Source: Octopus vulgaris
Lineage: Eukaryota
Direction: 5' to 3'
Assembly (NCBI GenBank): GCA_951406725.2
Contig: OX597816.1
Span: forward strand, 111,848,001-111,912,000
DNA length: 64,000 bases
Shown here one piece after another: positions 62,381 to 64,000 of this stretch. A program made the position numbers and the translations under genes. Below the pieces are notes generated by a model. The model saw nothing but the letters and a program-made list of their open reading frames with translations. It was not told where the DNA came from and searched no databases. The first letter of the stretch is position 1, and the number at the start of each line of letters is the position of its first letter.

Positions 62381-63062
62381 TCCAATGAAGTTATAGGGGT
62401 AATTCACAAATATGCAACTACGAGTGTACTGCAACCTAAACAGAAACAGCTGTAAGCTAATGAAGCTCATGACAATTTCCTGTTCTTGTGTCATTTTAAT
62501 TTCTAATCACACACACACACACACACACATCAAGTAATTGGTCACATGTCAGTAAAACACAAAAAAAGAATAACATGCCCCTAGATCAGCTGTCCTCTTT
62601 CCTTCACTCTTCTGTCCATATTTACTCCTTAAAATGTTGAATAGCCCTAGACCTCCTCTTACACTATCACCTTTTCAGCCCTAACCCTTCCATTTTCTCA
62701 ACCTTGTCTCTCATCCCTTCTCTCTCCTTGGTTCACTGCCATACTCCCCCATCCTCTCTTTTTGCTGAACCGCTAAGTTATGCAGATGTAAACAAACTGA
62801 CTCCAGTTGTCCAGCAGTCAGAGGAGACAAACAGAGACATAAAGACACACAAACACACACACATACATCATTGTTCATCCATTATCCTTCTACTTAGGAT
62901 CATTGCCCACGTTTTTTCTGTTCTCCCTCAATTATAGAAGCAACCTCAGGGCCTTAACCTTACAAGTTAGGAGGTAACCATTACTTGTGTTGGTGCCATA
63001 ACAAAACACCTGATACCCTCTGTAAAAGTGGTTGTTGTCAGGAGAGGTATTTAACAATAGAA

Positions 63063-63482
63063 GGTTTGCGAGCTGGCAGAAACTTTAGCACGCCGGGCAA
63101 AATGCTAAGCGGTATTTCGTCTGCTGTTACATTCTGAGTTCAAATTCCACTGAGGTCAACTTTGCCTTTCATCCTTTCGGGGTCGATAAATTAAGTACCA
63201 GTTATGCACTGGGGTGGATGTAATCGACTTAATCCGTCTGTCTGTCTTTGTTTGTCCCCTCTGTGTTTAGCCCCTTGTGGGTAATAAAGAAATAGAAATA
63301 GGTATTTCGTCTGCCGTTATGTTCAGAGTTCAAATCCTGCCGAGGTCGACTTTGCCTTTCATCCTTTTGGGGTCGATAAATTAAGTACCAGTTACGCACT
63401 GGGGTCGATATAATCGACTTAATCCGTTTTCTGTCCTTGTATGTCCTCTCTGTGTTTAGCCCCGTGTGGGTAGTAAAGAAAT
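63063..63482 (+). mobile_element. SINE family A head-to-tail dimer inserted in an old RTE 3'-UTR repeat
   Basis: Full unit 63063-63299 plus a second unit starting internally at GGTATTTCGTCTG; flanking repeat AGGTATT(T/C)AACAATAGAA at 63045-63062 / 63483-63500. Confidence 0.88.
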
Positions 63483-64000
63483 AGGTATTCAACAATAGAA
63501 ACTATGCCAAAATACTTTGAAGCATGTACAATAATCCAACATATCAGACACTGTCAAACTAGTCAACCCAAGACAGCATGGGAGTCGGATGTTGAATAAT
63601 GATGATGATTATGAATTGGCTTGAAGTCATCCATCCACCTTAAATATTCATGAAATTATTAAGAAAGCCATATGTCTATGTGAGAAGGTTCATTGAGATT
63701 TATTTTACCCCATATAACTTGATGACTTATATTTGGGATAGATTAATATCTTGTACACAGTCTTGGGGTATATTCTTTCATAGGTCTCCTCCCACCATCA
63801 TAATGCAAGTAAACTGAACTAATTAACTACATTTCAACAAGTAATACATGCTATAATTAATTTCCCTTTAATTAGTTATATTACTAATATTCACCTATCT
63901 ATCTCCTTGTATATCAGTGCAGCTATATGTATAATTATACATGCACACATGCACACACACACATAGTGTTGCTCAGATAGATAAACAGTGGTATGGAGAT

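Overview
AT-rich, microsatellite-dense eukaryotic DNA, intronic or intergenic in character. The repeat landscape resembles a coleoid cephalopod such as Octopus; that is an inference from recall, not a search result. I cannot support any intact host protein-coding gene, and most ORFs in the track are microsatellite or repeat artefacts. The window is a mosaic of decayed mobile elements: RTE/BovB-like and R4/Dong-like LINE fragments, a Penelope (GIY-YIG) remnant, a Gypsy integrase remnant with PPT and LTR start, Tc1/mariner/Tc2/pogo remnants and MITEs, hAT and piggyBac-type MITEs, Helitron-like elements, and at least four tRNA-derived SINE families (labelled A-D here). The most unusual observations are: (1) a tRNA-headed SINE-like element carrying a minimal Penelope-type hammerhead ribozyme (30592-30901); (2) a 312-bp tandem array whose units each hold a non-canonical tRNA-like Pol III gene framed by a 9-bp inverted repeat (49823-50530); (3) further hammerhead-like motifs and a ~100-bp-arm palindrome beside the Penelope remnant; (4) a 17-unit 47-50 bp minisatellite at the 3' end of a Tc1 transposase. 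Coordinates were read by eye; element ends without TSD or TIR support are approximate.
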